From Glaucostegus cemiculus (Eukaryota), in the NCBI GenBank assembly GCA_976551045.1, contig CDPCPM010000028.1, positions 5,456,001 through 5,520,000 on the forward strand: 64,000 bases of DNA, written 5' to 3'. The notes below the pieces were generated by a model, which saw only the letters and a program-made list of their open reading frames with translations, was not told the DNA's origin and did no database searches. Positions 24,192 to 37,414 of the stretch are shown piece by piece (positions within the stretch are counted from its first letter, which is position 1; the number at the start of each line of letters is the position of its first letter). Made by a program: the position numbers and the translations under genes.

Positions 24192-25340
24192 TTAGAACAT
24201 AGAACAGTACAGCACAGTACTGTCGAACCAATTACATTAGTAATAAAATGCCCAACTAAACTAATCCCTCGGCCAACACAATGTCCATGCCCTACCATTT
24301 CCCTCACATTCACGTGCCCATTTAAGAGCTTCTTGAATGCCCCTATTGTATTTGTCTCCGCCACTACCCCAGGCAGTGCATTCCAGCCACCCACCACTCT
24401 CTGTGTAAAAAACTTGCCCCACACATCTCCTTTGAACTTACCCCCTATCACCTTAAATGCATGCCCTCTGGTATTAGACATTTCAACCTTAGGGAAAAGA
24501 TACTGGCTGTCTATCTATGCCTCTCATTATCTTATATCAGATCTCCACCGCTCCAGAGAAAACAACCCAAGTTTGTCCAACCTCTCCTTATAGCACATGC
24601 CCTCTAATCCAGGCAGCATCTTGGCAAACCTCTTCTGCACCCCTCTCCAAAGCCTCAATATCCTTCCTATAATGGGGCGACCAGATGCGGCCTAACTAAA
24701 GCTACAGTATAATCTCCTGACTCTTCAACTCAATGCCTCGACTAATGAAGGTAAACAAGTCATATGCCACCTTTACCATCCCGTGTAACCACTTTCAGGG
24801 AGCTACGAACTTGGACCCCAAGATCCCTCTGCTCATCAACACTGTTAAGGGTCTTGCCATTAACAGTGTACTGTTTCTTTACATTTGATCTCCCAAGGTG
24901 CAAAGCTTCACATTTGGCTGGGTTGAACTCCATCTGCCATTTCTCCACCCATATCTGCAACTGATCTATATCCCGCTGTATCCTTTGCCAGTCTTCTACG
25001 CCATCCACAACACTACCAATCTTTGTATCATCAACTTACTAGCCCACCCATGTCCGATTTCATCCAGATCATTGATATACATCAGAAACAGCAGAGATCC
25101 CAGTACAGATCCCTGAGGAACACCACTAGTCACATACCTCCAACTAGAATAAGTCCCATCAACCACTACCCTCTCTCTTCTACAGCAAGCCAGTTCTGAA
25201 TCCAAACAGCCAATTCACTGTGGACCCCATGCATCTTAATCTTCTGGCTGAGCATTCCATGAGGGACATTGTCAGCTGCCTTACTCAAATCCATGTAGTC
25301 AACATCCACAGCTCTACCTTCATCAATCACTCTCGTCACC
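24192..25340 (-). mobile_element. CR1 LINE RT-to-3' end, frameshifted
   Basis: [41 protein letters not shown]; tail tagaacatagaac. Confidence 0.92.
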
Positions 25341-25465
25341 TCATTCCATCAACCAGATCATTAACATATAACGTGAGAAGTAGTGGACCCAACACCAATC
25401 CTTGTGGAACACCACTAGTCACCAGCAGCCAACCAGAAAAGGCCTTTATTCCCACTCTTTGCCTC
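25341..25465 (-). mobile_element. Short CR1 RT fragment
   Basis: [37 protein letters not shown]. Confidence 0.8.
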
Positions 25466-25569
25466 AAAACATCATTGGTGAATTGTTCCGTTTTCTCCTC
25501 AGTTTTGTCATAACTGTCTCCTTTATCGAAGGCTGATATTTGGTCCAAAGTCCCACAATGCCTTCGACC

Positions 25570-26605
25570 GTCAGAAAAAGGAACAGCAGGAGGCCATTCA
25601 GCCCCTCAAGCCTGTTCCACCATTCAATTAGATCACGGTTGATCCAATTTCTCTCATCCACTTTCCTGCCATATCCCCACAACCTTTGTTTCTCTTACCT
25701 GATTTGATTAAAAATCTGTAGCTTTCCAGGTCAAGAAATTTCAAAGACTAACAATAATTTGAGAGAAGAAATGTCTTCCCTATCTAATAAGCATCCCCTT
25801 ATTCTGCAATTTTGCCCTCTTGCCCTAGATTCTCCCATGAGACGACACATCTTCCCAGTGGTTACCCTCTCTAATCCCCTAAAAATCTTACAAGTTTGCT
25901 TAGGATTCTTTCTCATTCTTCTAAACTCCAATGGGTACAGACCCAATCCGTTCACCATTTCCTCGTAACACAAACCCTCCAAACCCAGGAGCAGTCTAGC
26001 AAACCTACGCTGAACTGCCCTTAGTGACAATATATATTTCCTTAAATAAGAGGACCAAAACTGTACACAGTACTCAGGTGTATTGCTGCCTCTACTTTGT
26101 TCAGTGGTAGTAAGACCTACTTAAGTAAAACTAGCAGTTTCTGTTTTTATTTCGGATTTCCAGCATTCACTGTAGTAAGATTTTCCTTCTTTTTATATTC
26201 CCATCCCCGTTAAATAGAAGCCATCCCTCCATTAGCCTTACATGATGCACCAGTCTGCTAGCTTGTACAAAAACAGTCAAATTCCTTTGAGCATCAGCAC
26301 CCTACAGTCCTTCTCCATTTAGACAACAAGCTGCTTTATTATTCTTCCTTCCAGAATGAACAACTTCACACTGTTGTTCACTTGCCAACTTTTACCCCAC
26401 TCACTTAACCTATCATTATCGCTATAAACTACTTCTATCCTCCTCTACACTTGCCTTCCCTGCTACTTTTGTGTAATTCATATATTTAGCTACGGTAGAG
26501 TCACTTCCTTCCTCTGCTGCAGTGACAACAGTGATCCTGGTCACACCCTCCTGGTTACGTGCTGTCAACATGAAAATGATCCCCTTATCCATATTTACTG
26601 CTTCC
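25570..26605 (-). mobile_element. Older CR1 LINE 3' part
   Basis: AVQRRFARLLLGLEGLCYEE...YPLEFRRMR; tail aggccattcagcccctcaagcctgttccaccattcaat. Confidence 0.8.
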
Positions 26606-26619
26606 TTCTTGATAGCTAA

Positions 26620-26960
26620 TCATAGAGTCATAGAGTTGTTCAGCATAGACACGGGTCCTTTAGCCTCCTGTGTCTATGCTGACCATCATGTCTATTTATA
26701 CTAATCCCACCTGCTTGCATTAATTCCATATCCCTCTATGCCGCACAAATCAAGTACTTGTCCAGATCCTATTAAATGTTGTTACTGTTCCTGCCTCCCC
26801 ACCTCCTCTGGCAGCTCATTCCAGATACCAACTACTCCTGTGAAAAATTGACCCCCAAGATTGCCTTTTCCCTCTCACCTTAAACCGACACCCTCTAGTT
26901 TTAGACACCACTACCATGGGAAACTTTGGCTACCTACCCTATTTATGCCTCTCATAATTT
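26620..26960 (-). mobile_element. CR1 3' end
   Basis: Tail tcatagagtcatagag; ctctggcagctcattcca is the rc of a WNELP-coding segment. Confidence 0.75.
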
Positions 26961-27191
26961 TTGTTTCAGAATGCCAGATCCAAAATAACCTCATCTCTGG
27001 TTGGCTCCATAACATGTTGTTCTCTGAAATGACACAAGTGCATTTTATGCATTAATTCACATGTCTACCATTTCCAATTTGCCTTCTTTCCCTTGTTTTT
27101 TACCTCCACCTAAATGAAGTCTACATCTCCTGATCCTGTATCTTCATCATATCTTATTAGCAGAACTATCCCACTGCCTCTTCTATCCTCA

Positions 27192-27796
27192 GCAATACAC
27201 ATAATGCTGGGGGAAATCGGCAGGTCCGTCCAGATGAAGAGTCTCGACCCAAAACGTCAACTGTCCACTTCCCTCCATAGATGCTGCCTAACTTGCTGAG
27301 TTCTGGATTGGAGAGCATGTCTTAAGAGGATAGGTTGAGCAAGCCAGGGCTTTTCTCTTTGGAGCGAAGGAGGATGAGAGGTGACTTCAGAGAGGTGTAC
27401 GAGATTATAAGAAGCATAGATCATGCAGACAGTCAGAGACTTTTTCCCAGGACAAAAATGGCTGACACGAGGGGACATAATTTTCAGTTGATTGGAGGAA
27501 AGTATAGGGGGATGTCAAGGGTAAGTTTTATCACACAGTGAGTGGTGGTTGAGTGGAACACACTGCCAGCAGAGGTTGTGGGGGCAGATACATTAGGAAC
27601 ATTTAAGAGACTCTCAGATAGATATATGAATGATAGAGAAATGGGGGCGGGGCTATGTGGGAGGGAAGGGTTAGATAGATCTTAGAGCAGGATAAAATGT
27701 TGGCACAACATCGTGGGCCGAAGAGCCTATACTGTGCTGTAGTGTTGTATATTCTATGTTCCTCTAGCATTTTGTATGTTGTTCCAGGTTCCAGCT
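27192..27796 (+). mobile_element. Penelope-like module with an inverted 5' copy, split by a CR1 insertion
   Basis: 27192-27226 is the inverted copy and 27227-27302 the module. The module resumes at 27761 (cctctagcattttgtatgttg). Confidence 0.75.
27303..27760 (+). mobile_element. CR1 LINE 3' end
   Basis: GLFSLERRRMRGD...DSQRLFPR...TRGHNF; tail tcgtgggccgaagagcct...ttctatgtt. Confidence 0.92.
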
Positions 27797-28144
27797 TTTA
27801 TCTTTCCTGGCTTAATTTGCTAAAAGTCAAGTATGCCTGAATACTGAGCTCCCAGCTTTGATCTTCTTGTAATGATGTCCCTATTGTGGCTATCAGATCA
27901 TACCTATCTATCCCTAGCTGTGTTGTTAGTTCATTGATTTGCTTCATATCCTACTGGCCATAAGGCTATTCTTTCACATGCAGCTATCTGATCATGATCC
28001 AACCCTAATGAATGTACTTTTGCTATGATCGCTGGATTGCAAAGACAGTAGGAATCTTTATCGATATACCAAACCCATGCCAACAATCTACTAGTTTATT
28101 ATACATCTGGATCAAAAGTGTGGCTGTCCCATTCTGTGTCATTT

Positions 28145-28703
28145 GGAAAATTGGTATTGGTTTATTATTGTCACTTGTAATAAGGTACAGTGAAAAACTT
28201 GTCTTGCATACCGATCGTACAGGTCAATTCGTTACACAGTGTTTTCTTTTCTTTCTTTTTTACAGCGTGGTAACAGGCCCTTTCGGCCCAACGAGTCCAC
28301 GCTGCCCATTTTAAACCCCCAAATTAACCTACCCGTACATCTTTTAGAATGTGGGAGGAAACCGGAGCACACGGAGGAAACCCGCGCAGACACGGGAAAA
28401 TGTACAAACTCCTTACAGTCAGCGACGGGAATCGAACCTCGATCACTGGTGCTGTAACAGCGTTGCGCTAACGGCTACACTATCGTGCAGTGCGGTTACA
28501 TTGAGTTAGTACAGAGTGCATTGAGGCAGCGCAGAGTGCATTGATGTACAGGTAAAAACAATAACAGTACAGAGTAAAGTGTCACAGCTACAGATAAAGT
28601 GCAGTGCAAGAAGGTGCAAGGTCACAACTAGATAGATTGTGAGGTCATAGTCCAGCTCATCCTATAAGAGAACCATTCAATAGTTTTGTCACAGTGGGGT
28701 AGA
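28145..28703 (-). mobile_element. Rex1/Babar-like 3' end containing a nested V-SINE
   Basis: Tail attggtattggtttattattgtcac; matches 3500-3685 on both sides of the SINE. Confidence 0.8.
28242..28487 (-). mobile_element. Young V-SINE, tail type A
   Basis: Flanked by the direct repeat cagtg (28237-28241 and 28488-28492), a probable TSD. Confidence 0.92.
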
Positions 28704-28798
28704 TCAAAAATCTTTGAAGAACTCACCCTTTTCACACACACCCATATGTTCTTTTGAGACTTGCACTTAAATGCTCATCTGCCAATTTACCTCAAATA

Positions 28799-29960
28799 CA
28801 TAGATACATAGATACCAACAGCACAATTCAGGCCCTTCGGCCCACAAAGCTGTGCCGAACATGTCCCCACACTATTAGGCTTACCCATAACCTTCTATTT
28901 TATTTACCTCCATGTACCTATCCAACAGTCTCTTGAAAGACCTTAACGTATCTGCCTCCACCACCATCTCCGGCAGCCCATTCCAGGCACTCACCACCCT
29001 CTGAGTAAAAAACTTACCCCTAACGTCTCCCCTATATCTTCCCCCCAGCACCTTAAACCTATGTCCTCTTGTGGCCACCATTTCAGCCCTGGGAAAAAGC
29101 CTCTGACTATCTACCCTATCCATACCTCTCATCATCTTATACACCTCAATCAGGTCCCCCCTCATCCTCCTTCTCTCCAAGGAAAAAAGGCCGAGTTCCC
29201 GCAGCCTGCTCTCATAAGGCATGCTCCTCATTCCAGGCAGCATCCTCGTAAACCTCCTCTGCACCCTCTCTATAGCTTCCACATCATTCCTGTAGTGAGG
29301 CGACCAGAACTGAACACAATACTCCAGGTGGGGTCTGACCAGGGACCTATACAACTGAAGCAATACCTCCCTACTCCTAAATTCAATCCCTTGACCGATG
29401 AAGGACAATACACCATACGCCTTCCTAACCACAGAGTCAACCTGCGCAGCCGCCTTGAGCGTCCTATGGACTCGGACCCCAAGATCCCTCTGATCCTCCA
29501 CACTGCCAAGAGACTTACCATTAATTCTATATTCCGCCAACCTATTCGACCTACCAGAATGAACCACTTCACGTTTATCTGGGTTGAATTGCATCTGCCA
29601 TTTCTCAGCCCAACTCTGCATCCTATCTATGTCCCTCTGTAGCCTCTGACAGGCCTCCAAACTGTCTACAACCCCCCCAACCTTCGTGTCATCAGCAAAC
29701 TTACTAACCCACCCCTCCACTTCCTCATCCAGATCATTTATAAAGATGACAAACAGCAAGGGTCCCAGCACAGATCCCTGAGGTACACCAGAGATCACCG
29801 ACCTCCACTCAGAATACGACCCTTCCACAACCACTCTTTGTCTTCTGTGGGCCAGCCAATTCTGAATCCACATCGCAATGTCCCCCTGGATCCCGTGTCT
29901 CCTCACCTTCTCCATAAGCCTCGCATGGGGCACCTTATCAAAAGCCTTGCTAAAATCCAT
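28799..29960 (-). mobile_element. Young 5'-truncated CR1 LINE with an uninterrupted RT C-terminal ORF (about 359 aa)
   Basis: MDFSKAFDKVPH...[14 protein letters not shown]...SKFADDTK...[11 protein letters not shown]...WNGLP...EGYG* with no stops or frameshifts; tail (catagata)2. Confidence 0.97.
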
Positions 29961-30294
29961 TGCTAAAATAAAATAAATTGCTAAAATGTGACACCAAATT
30001 TTGCATTCGATCAATTCTCTGGAAAAAAGGCACTGTTCCTGAATTCAGATCTTAAATGGTGTTGACCACACTGTATTGCTGCTTATGGTGGACCTTCCCA
30101 TGTGATGAGATAGGCACCTTAAATCGAGTATGAAGAAGTTTCCATTGAGCTAACCTACAGGTGGTCACTGCACTGGAGATGATTCTTTGAATGAGTGCCC
30201 AGTATCCAAACTGAACATATGGTTAGGGCAGCTAGAATTAATCAAACACTTGCACAGGATTACTGACTGGAAATAGGCCAAGGTTACTACAGAT

Positions 30295-30500
30295 GAAGAT
30301 TTATCCCTCAATCAACATTGCTGAGACTACTATCTGGTCAATATCTCAATGCTGTTTGTATGACTTTACTGGGCACAGATTGGTTGATGTTTCCTATATT
30401 ACAACAAAAAGCACATATCAGAATCATTTCACTGGCTGTAAAGTGCTACATGATGCATTGCAATTGTGAAAGGTGTTATATAAAACCAAGTCTTTCTTTC
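30295..30500 (+). mobile_element. Deu-type SINE 3' half
   Basis: atttatccctcaatcaacat...ctggtcaatatctcaatgctgtttg...gtgaaaggtgttatataaa. Confidence 0.55.
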
Positions 30501-31034
30501 AAAAGCAACAGAGTGCATCATAATTCCCTCTTAGTCACTGCAAATTAAGTCATGAAATGCAAAAAGCTCTGCCCAGTTTGTGTAAGGGTAAAATGGATGA
30601 ATTATCATTAATGTGGTATCAGGACACTCAATAGCTTGCATGGAAAGCTCAGCAACTCTGGAATAGAACAATCCATGAAAACTTAGCAATGCTGTTAAGT
30701 GATGCTACAATTCACTGAAGGCACAACAACATCTCACCATATCACAGGCTATGCACAATTCGCAGATCTTGAATGCAGTCCTTAACCTGCTCAAGATTCC
30801 ACTTCCATCCACCAATCTCACCCATCCAGCAAGCCTTGCTTTAGATTACTTGACTCTCCTGTGAAGTACTTCAGGATGTTTCATTGCCCAATAACATTTC
30901 AAATCTTTTTTTCATATCAAATCTTTGTTGATATCTGAAGAGTTAACCCTTTTCACAATATAACACTGAAATCTTATTCCCTGCTACGATACATTTACAA
31001 CTTACTGAGCATGTTCACTGTGCCACTGCAGTAC

Positions 31035-31610
31035 CCTTGAAATGCAGCTGTTTGTTCTAACAACACAGAAGCAGATGGATTGGCCCAACAGCTCCATATC
31101 GGTGATTGTGAGACTCCCCCATCCCTCATTTGAACCCATCAACATGTCCTTCTGTTTCTTTTCCCTATATGTCCTTCTATGACTTGTTCTTAAATACTTC
31201 TCTGCCAATTACTACAACTGTTCCTTACACACCAGGTTTCATATTCCAACTGTTCTCTGGATAAAGGCATTGCTCCCAAATTCACTATTGTATTTGTGTC
31301 TGATCATCTTATAGTTGTGTGTCTTCCACAAGTACAAGTTCCTTCCTGCCATCTATTTCTTCAAATGTTTCCATACTCTTAAAGACTTCTGTTGGACCCT
31401 CACCCTTGTTAACTTCTGTGTGAAGCACCCTGGCCTCTTCATCTTTTTGGGCAGGTGGAACCACTCACTTCTGAGTTCATTTCAGCAAATCTCTTCCAGA
31501 TCATCCCTCTTGTGTCTACATCCCTTTGTCCTACCTGTTCTGTCATCTGGCACAGTTTTTTATAATCTGGAATTTAACCCTCAATTATGCCTGAATGAAC
31601 CTTTCTGAAC
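31035..31610 (-). mobile_element. Old CR1 3' end
   Basis: Degenerate CR1 tail (ttggcccaacagctccat) and C-terminal remnants. Confidence 0.55.
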
Positions 31611-32416
31611 TGGACCTGTGACATGTCAGTAAGACATGGTGCCGTTTTCTCCTTTACATACCCCTTTAGGGCTTGGTACAACACAGTGTTGTCTATCTCC
31701 ACAGATGAATCTAAATGTACAGGATCCTCAATCAGAGCCAATAGAGACTAAAAGATCATAGACTAGAAAGTTAGTGCTTAGCCTGTGAGTTGGATAGAAA
31801 GTTATTCAACTACTTCTTAAGCATTATAGGTGTGTCTATTTGTTTTACAGTTGAACGTGATTCTTTATCACATCATTAAATTGTTTCTTGACCTTGGGCA
31901 GACCTGTTTATTTCTGGAGAGTGCGCCTTGCTAATAGACGTCACAAGAAAGGAGGAGGAATCAAATCGAGCTCGAGAAATGGAGTGGAATTGCTTAACCA
32001 TGGTTTTGCCAAGTGTTGCACAGAAAATCAGCAGCCTACCTAAACCATGCCCAGTTTCCTTTATTCATAATTTATAATGTTATAATTTATTCAGTAACCT
32101 GAATGCACATAATATCACAAAGGATGGCCAAAAGTTTGGTCAGAGAAAGCAAGAGATTGCTGATGTCATAAATCCAAAGTAAAAACAAAATCCAGCATCG
32201 CAGAAATTCCTGTTTTTATTTCGGCTTGGTCAAAGAAATGGGTTACAAAACAGGAAGTGGAGCAGGATGGGAAGAAGTGTTAGGAAGACGATTCCAGAGG
32301 GTGGGATGCAGACACAACCATCAGGAATGGGGTGGATGGAATGAGTTCCAGAGTCAGAGATTCACATGCTGACACTAAGATAATGCTTCTGCTACTGATT
32401 AGAGATGAATTTATAT

Positions 32417-32672
32417 GGCACGATAGCGTAGCGGTTAGCGCGACGCTGTTACAGCGCCAGCGATCGGGGTTCGATTCCCGTCGCTGTCTGTAAGGAGTTT
32501 GTACGTTCTCCCGTGTCTGCGTGGGTTTCCTCCGGGTGCTCCGGTTTCCTCCCACGTTCTGAAAGACGTACGGGTAGGTTAATTTGGGGATTTAAAATGG
32601 GTGGCGCAGACTCGTTGGGCCAAAAGGGCCTGTTACCGTGCTGTAAATAAAATTTTTAAAAATTTAAAAATT
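32417..32672 (+). mobile_element. Young V-SINE, tail type A
   Basis: A box tagcgtagcgg, B box ggttcgattcc, V domain, tail gttgggccaaaagggcctgttaccgtgctgtaaataaa. Confidence 0.93.
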
Positions 32673-32769
32673 TCTAGAGCCCATATTTTCAATAATGCGC
32701 CTTGTAACTAACTAAAGCTCAAAAACTATTCATATGGCTTTATCATAGATTGCAGTTACCTTTGCCTCC

Positions 32770-33305
32770 TGGCTCTGAAGTGCAGGTGGCACTTCTTAGG
32801 GGTTGAGCACAAAAATCTAGGCAATATTTTAGTGAAGTACTGAAGGAGTGGTGCACGGGCAAAGGGGTAAAGCCTGCAGGTCAAAGCCAAAAGGCAATGT
32901 GAAGATATTCCACCAAGTCTCAGACACATAACTCTGGTGGGATGCACACCATATAGCACCTTCTAATCTGCCCACCGCTCAAGGCTGGCCCCTGGTCAAG
33001 ATCTTGCCAATGCCACCTGTAACCTTTAAAATGTATTCACCACTGTAAAGAAATGTAATGACAGGACCAAAAAAAGTAAAAGATTACCAGAGGGGCTGCC
33101 TTTGGTGGGGGATGGAAATTAAACCAAGGAACTGTTCTACACTCTCAGGTGGATATAAAAGACCCTACAAAACCATTCTGAAGAAGAGGGGACACATTTG
33201 CCCTCTAGACAATATTTTTCTCTCGATCAACATTAGTAATACAGATGATAATGTGTCAATCACACGGCTGTCTGTGGGAGCTTGCTGAACACACACTGGC
33301 TGCTG
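32770..33305 (+). mobile_element. Deu-type SINE, interrupted
   Basis: ttgagcacaaaaatctagg...ctctcaggtggatataaaagaccc...gaagaagagggg...ctgtgggagcttgctg. Confidence 0.55.
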
Positions 33306-33309
33306 TATC

Positions 33310-33586
33310 AACATCAGCTTCTTCCCCACTGCTATCAGATTCTTGAACCATTCTGGAAAACACTCATTTCTACCTTGGATTATATTTCCCACAACTTGCA
33401 CTAATGTTGTTATGTTATTTTTGTTTATTGTGTCATGTAAGTTAGGTATAATTTATTTCAATTCAGGTTTATGTAATTTATGTTTGTCATGTTTCTAGTG
33501 TACTATGCTGCTCCTGCAAACAGCTAATGATCATGGCATTTATATTTCTTGGTATGTATGCCCGTGACAATAAACTTGAACTTGAT
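33310..33586 (+). mobile_element. Rex1/Babar-like 3' end
   Basis: SFFPTAIRFLN remnant; tail gtgacaataaacttgaacttga. Confidence 0.7.
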
Positions 33587-34464
33587 TTCCAACCTTATAA
33601 AAGTGACTCTAACTCACCAATACTTTGTTGGTGGTCAAGCACTTCAGATTATTCGTGGAGTGATAAAAGGTCCTATATAGATTCCAGTCTTTGTTTTTTA
33701 CCCCTCCCAATGATAGACTGCACCATTAACAACCCCAGCAGTCTGTTCTTTTATGGAGAAGTGTGAAGAAATAAGTAAGGCCGTGGCTGGCAAAAGTTCA
33801 CTGCATGAATTCCTTTGGCTTAATATGATTACTAGGAAAATAGATACATTGGTTCAGAAAACAGCAGGCATGCTACATAAACTGCTCAAGGCTTTGGCAC
33901 TTTTTCAACTGATTCAAAGTACAAAAGCAAAGTCAGGAATAAAATTTCTATTGCAATCTCCACCTCACTGTTAACCCCAGTTGCTATGGCAAAACACACA
34001 CCTTCACAGAATAAAGGCCCATGAAATAGCAGAGTTCAAGCTTGTTCAATTAACTCTGTTAACTATAGTTGCTCCGCAGTATCAAGTCACGAGAGAACAT
34101 TTGATAACTGCCACATTTCATTTGATCACTTTGCATGAAAATGCAAGCTCACTTGGGCTGCTTGTAATGTAACACCTCACAAATCAATGATTGCCATTAT
34201 TGAAATACAATTCAATTACAGCCGCCTTTATAAAGTCCTATACATCAGTCCTGTGGCGCAGCAACTAATTAAACACCAACACTGCAATTTCAGCTAAAGC
34301 TGTTCACCGAACAGTCCAATTTAAACGGAGATATATCGTTTAGCCCCTGTTATGGCCTATTCAAAGCTATTCATCAGTTTAACTGGTAAGTCCACAAAGT
34401 CAATCCTCCTCTCCTATTTTCTTCTCGAGGATGCTCTGAAAACACAAAGCAACTGCCCAGAGTT

Positions 34465-35250
34465 GGTCACAGAGTCATAGAGTCAAGCAGTGCAGAAACA
34501 GGCCCTTCATCCCACCATGTTCATGCTGATGATCAAGAACTATTCTGCCCTAATCCCATTTACTAGCACTTGATCTGTAGCCTACAATGCCTCAGCAATT
34601 CAAACGTTTATTCAGGTGCTTCTTAAATCTTGTGAGGGTACTCCCCTTCACCGCCTTCACGGGCAGTGGGTTCCAGATCGCATCCTCCCCTTGAGAGGAA
34701 AAAAATTCTTCCTCAGATCCTTTCTAAATTTCTTACTCCTCAACTTAAACCTAAGTGTTCTGGTTTTAGTCAACTCTGCCATGCGAACAGGTTTCTTATT
34801 ATCTATTCTAACTATGCCTCTCATGATTTTATATATCTTTAATCAGGTCCAAGGAAAACAAACTCAGCCCTGCAAACCTCCCCTCATGCATGAAACATTC
34901 TATCCCGGGCAACATCCTGGTGATCTCCTCTACACCCTATCCAGTGCAATCACATCATTCCTATAGTGTGGCAACCAGAACTGCATACAATATTCCAAGC
35001 TGTGGACTGACCAATTTTTTATGGAATTGCACCAAGTCATCCCTGCTCTTATAATCTATGCCCTATTTAATGGAGGTAAGCATCCTGCATACATTCACTA
35101 CCATCCTATCTACCTGTTCTGGCACCTTCAGGTATCTTTGGATTTGTACATCAAGGCCCCTTTGTTCCTCTGTGAACCCCACAGCCTTATCATTCATGGT
35201 GTATAACCTGCCTTTATTAGATCTCCCAAAATGCATCACCTCACTCTCAT
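34465..35250 (-). mobile_element. CR1 LINE 3' part
   Basis: Tail tcacagagtcatagagtc; accagaactgcatacaatattcca is the rc of a LEYCMQFW-coding segment. Confidence 0.82.
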
Positions 35251-35306
35251 CACACCTGGTCTACCAGGTGAAGTGGGTCATTCCAGCCCCCTTTCAAGAA
35301 ATTTTT

Positions 35307-35598
35307 AGATAAGATATTTAATAGTCACATGTACATCGAACACACAGTGAGATACATCTTTTGCATAGTGATTTTTGGGGGGCAGCCCACAAGTGTCGCC
35401 ATGCTTCCGGCGCCAACAAAGCATGCCCATAACTTCCTAACCTGTATGTCTTTTGGAATGTGGGAGGAAACCGGAGCACCCGGAGGAAACCCACACAGAC
35501 ACGGGGAGAACGTGCAAACTCCTTACAGACAGTGGCCAGATTTGAACCCAGGTCGCTGGCGCTGTAAAGCATTGTGCTAACCACTATGCCACCGTGCC
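35307..35598 (-). mobile_element. Young V-SINE, tail type B
   Basis: Reverse complement of the 59016-type element. Confidence 0.92.
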
Positions 35599-36377
35599 GT
35601 CGAATTGAAAGATGTACAGGTGATCCACACTTTGAATTTAATAAACTAATTCCTCATCTTGATGATGGAGCCCATTCCCACTGGATCCTTTACTGAAGGT
35701 TGGAAGGTGCGAAACCAATTTGTCAAGAAAACAACCATCCCATTTTTGCTTTGTATCTACTGGGATCAGATCAATGATCCAAGAATTGAGAGGGGATTTC
35801 AAAGGGATTCCATTAGGATTGACAAATTAGACAGGGTTTGCATCAGGAGGTAGAGGGGATAAAATGTTGAAGCACCAACATTAAAGAGGTCAGGGGAATC
35901 TACTGTTTGCAGAAGAATTAGTTAGGGTACACAAAATACAAAACCTTTGCTGGATTTTAAAAGGAAGGTGGATAATTGATCCTAAATTATCAGAATTGTT
36001 CCTGGCATCTATTTTAGATTAATTGGCTACCATAAATTGACCCTCACATATGAAGGTGGCAGGAGAATTAGGAGGGGAGGGGTGGTGGTGAGTTGATAGG
36101 GATGCAAGAGGGGATAAAATGGGATTATTGTAGAAGGGTACTTGATAGTTAGCATGGAGGAGATGGGCTGAAGGGCCTGTTTGCGTAGTCTTTGAATCGC
36201 ATCAGTCCCAGTTTATCACAAATTATCATACACGACCTTAACAAATGTCCAATCTACCTCAGCGTCACTCACAAAAATTAGCTCCACAATATCAATTCCC
36301 ACGTTGTCCAGCCCTGTTAATGTTGACCCCACAGTGCAGTCACTGGCCCAGGCTCCTATTTCACATGTTATGAACAG

Positions 36378-37140
36378 ATGCCAGAAAACTGAAATTAAAG
36401 CAGAAAATGCAGTGAATACTTATCAGGTCATGGAGCAATGTGAAAAGAGAAACAGAATTAACATTTTAGGGCAATGACCCTTCGTTGGAACTAGGAAAGA
36501 GAGAAAACAAGTTGGTTGAAGTGGCAGATGGGAGGGGACGTACGGAGAGACCAAAGGCAATATCTCTGATAAGGTGAGGCCAAGGTTGTCATTGGAATAG
36601 GCTGTAAAAGTCATCCAGCTGATAGGTTAAAAGGTGCAGAGGAGAGAACATGAACAAAGGAACTTAAAAGCTGTGACATGAGGATGGTTAGAGAGTGAGA
36701 ACGTGAACAAACAAATGGCAACACGGTAGCATAGCAGTTAGCGTAACGCTATAAACAGCACCAGTGACTTGGGTTCAATTCCCGCTGCTGGCTGTAAAGA
36801 GTTTGTACATTCTCCCCATGTGACTGCATGGGTTTCCTCTGGTCACTCAGATTTCCTCCTACATTCCAAAGACATATGGATTAGGAGGTTGTGGGCATGC
36901 TATGTTGGTGCTGGAAGAGTGGCGACACTTGCGGGCTGCCCCCCAGCACATTCTCAGTAATGCAAAAGGACGCATTTCACTCTGTGTTTCAATGTACATG
37001 TGACTGATCTTATCAATATCTTATCATATCATAAACGTAAAAGTTGCAAAATGTAAAGCTGTAAGACAGGCTGTGCTAATGGAGAGAGAAAAACTGAAGG
37101 ACTGGCCAGGTCTGACACCAACAGAGAAGGTGACTTAACT
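36378..37140 (-). mobile_element. Penelope-like 3' UTR and terminal module, interrupted by a V-SINE
   Basis: Homologous to 20035-20420 (gcaaaatgtaaagctgtaaga); module at 36378-36495. Confidence 0.6.
36717..37030 (+). mobile_element. V-SINE, tail type B
   Basis: Head, V domain and tail gcatttcactctgtgtttcaatgtacatgtgact. Confidence 0.9.
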
Positions 37141-37414
37141 GAAGTTGTACCGTTTTAATGGCTTTAAAACTTTATGAAGTTGTAGTGCTTTAAGTTGTAA
37201 ATTTCACATGTTACCAGATTGCTATTTGCTTGCTCCATTTTTTACTTGGCCCGTCATTGCCCATCATTTTCTTCTGCTTTTACTATCACATGATGAATGT
37301 TTTTCACTGTGGGTACTACTAACACGAATAAATGATCCCATCCAGGGGGAGGTTTTGCTGTCTTTACAGGGGCACATGTGACTATGACTCTTTGAGTAAC
37401 ACCTTTAATGTTAC

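Noticed and set aside
28881-30014. 377-aa ORF as a host gene or a prokaryote-type RT system
   Set aside because: It is a 5'-truncated CR1 ORF2 with the CR1 tail; the first ~18 residues come from flanking DNA.
32417-32490. tRNA genes
   Set aside because: The A/B boxes belong to SINE heads that continue into V-domain and LINE-like tails.
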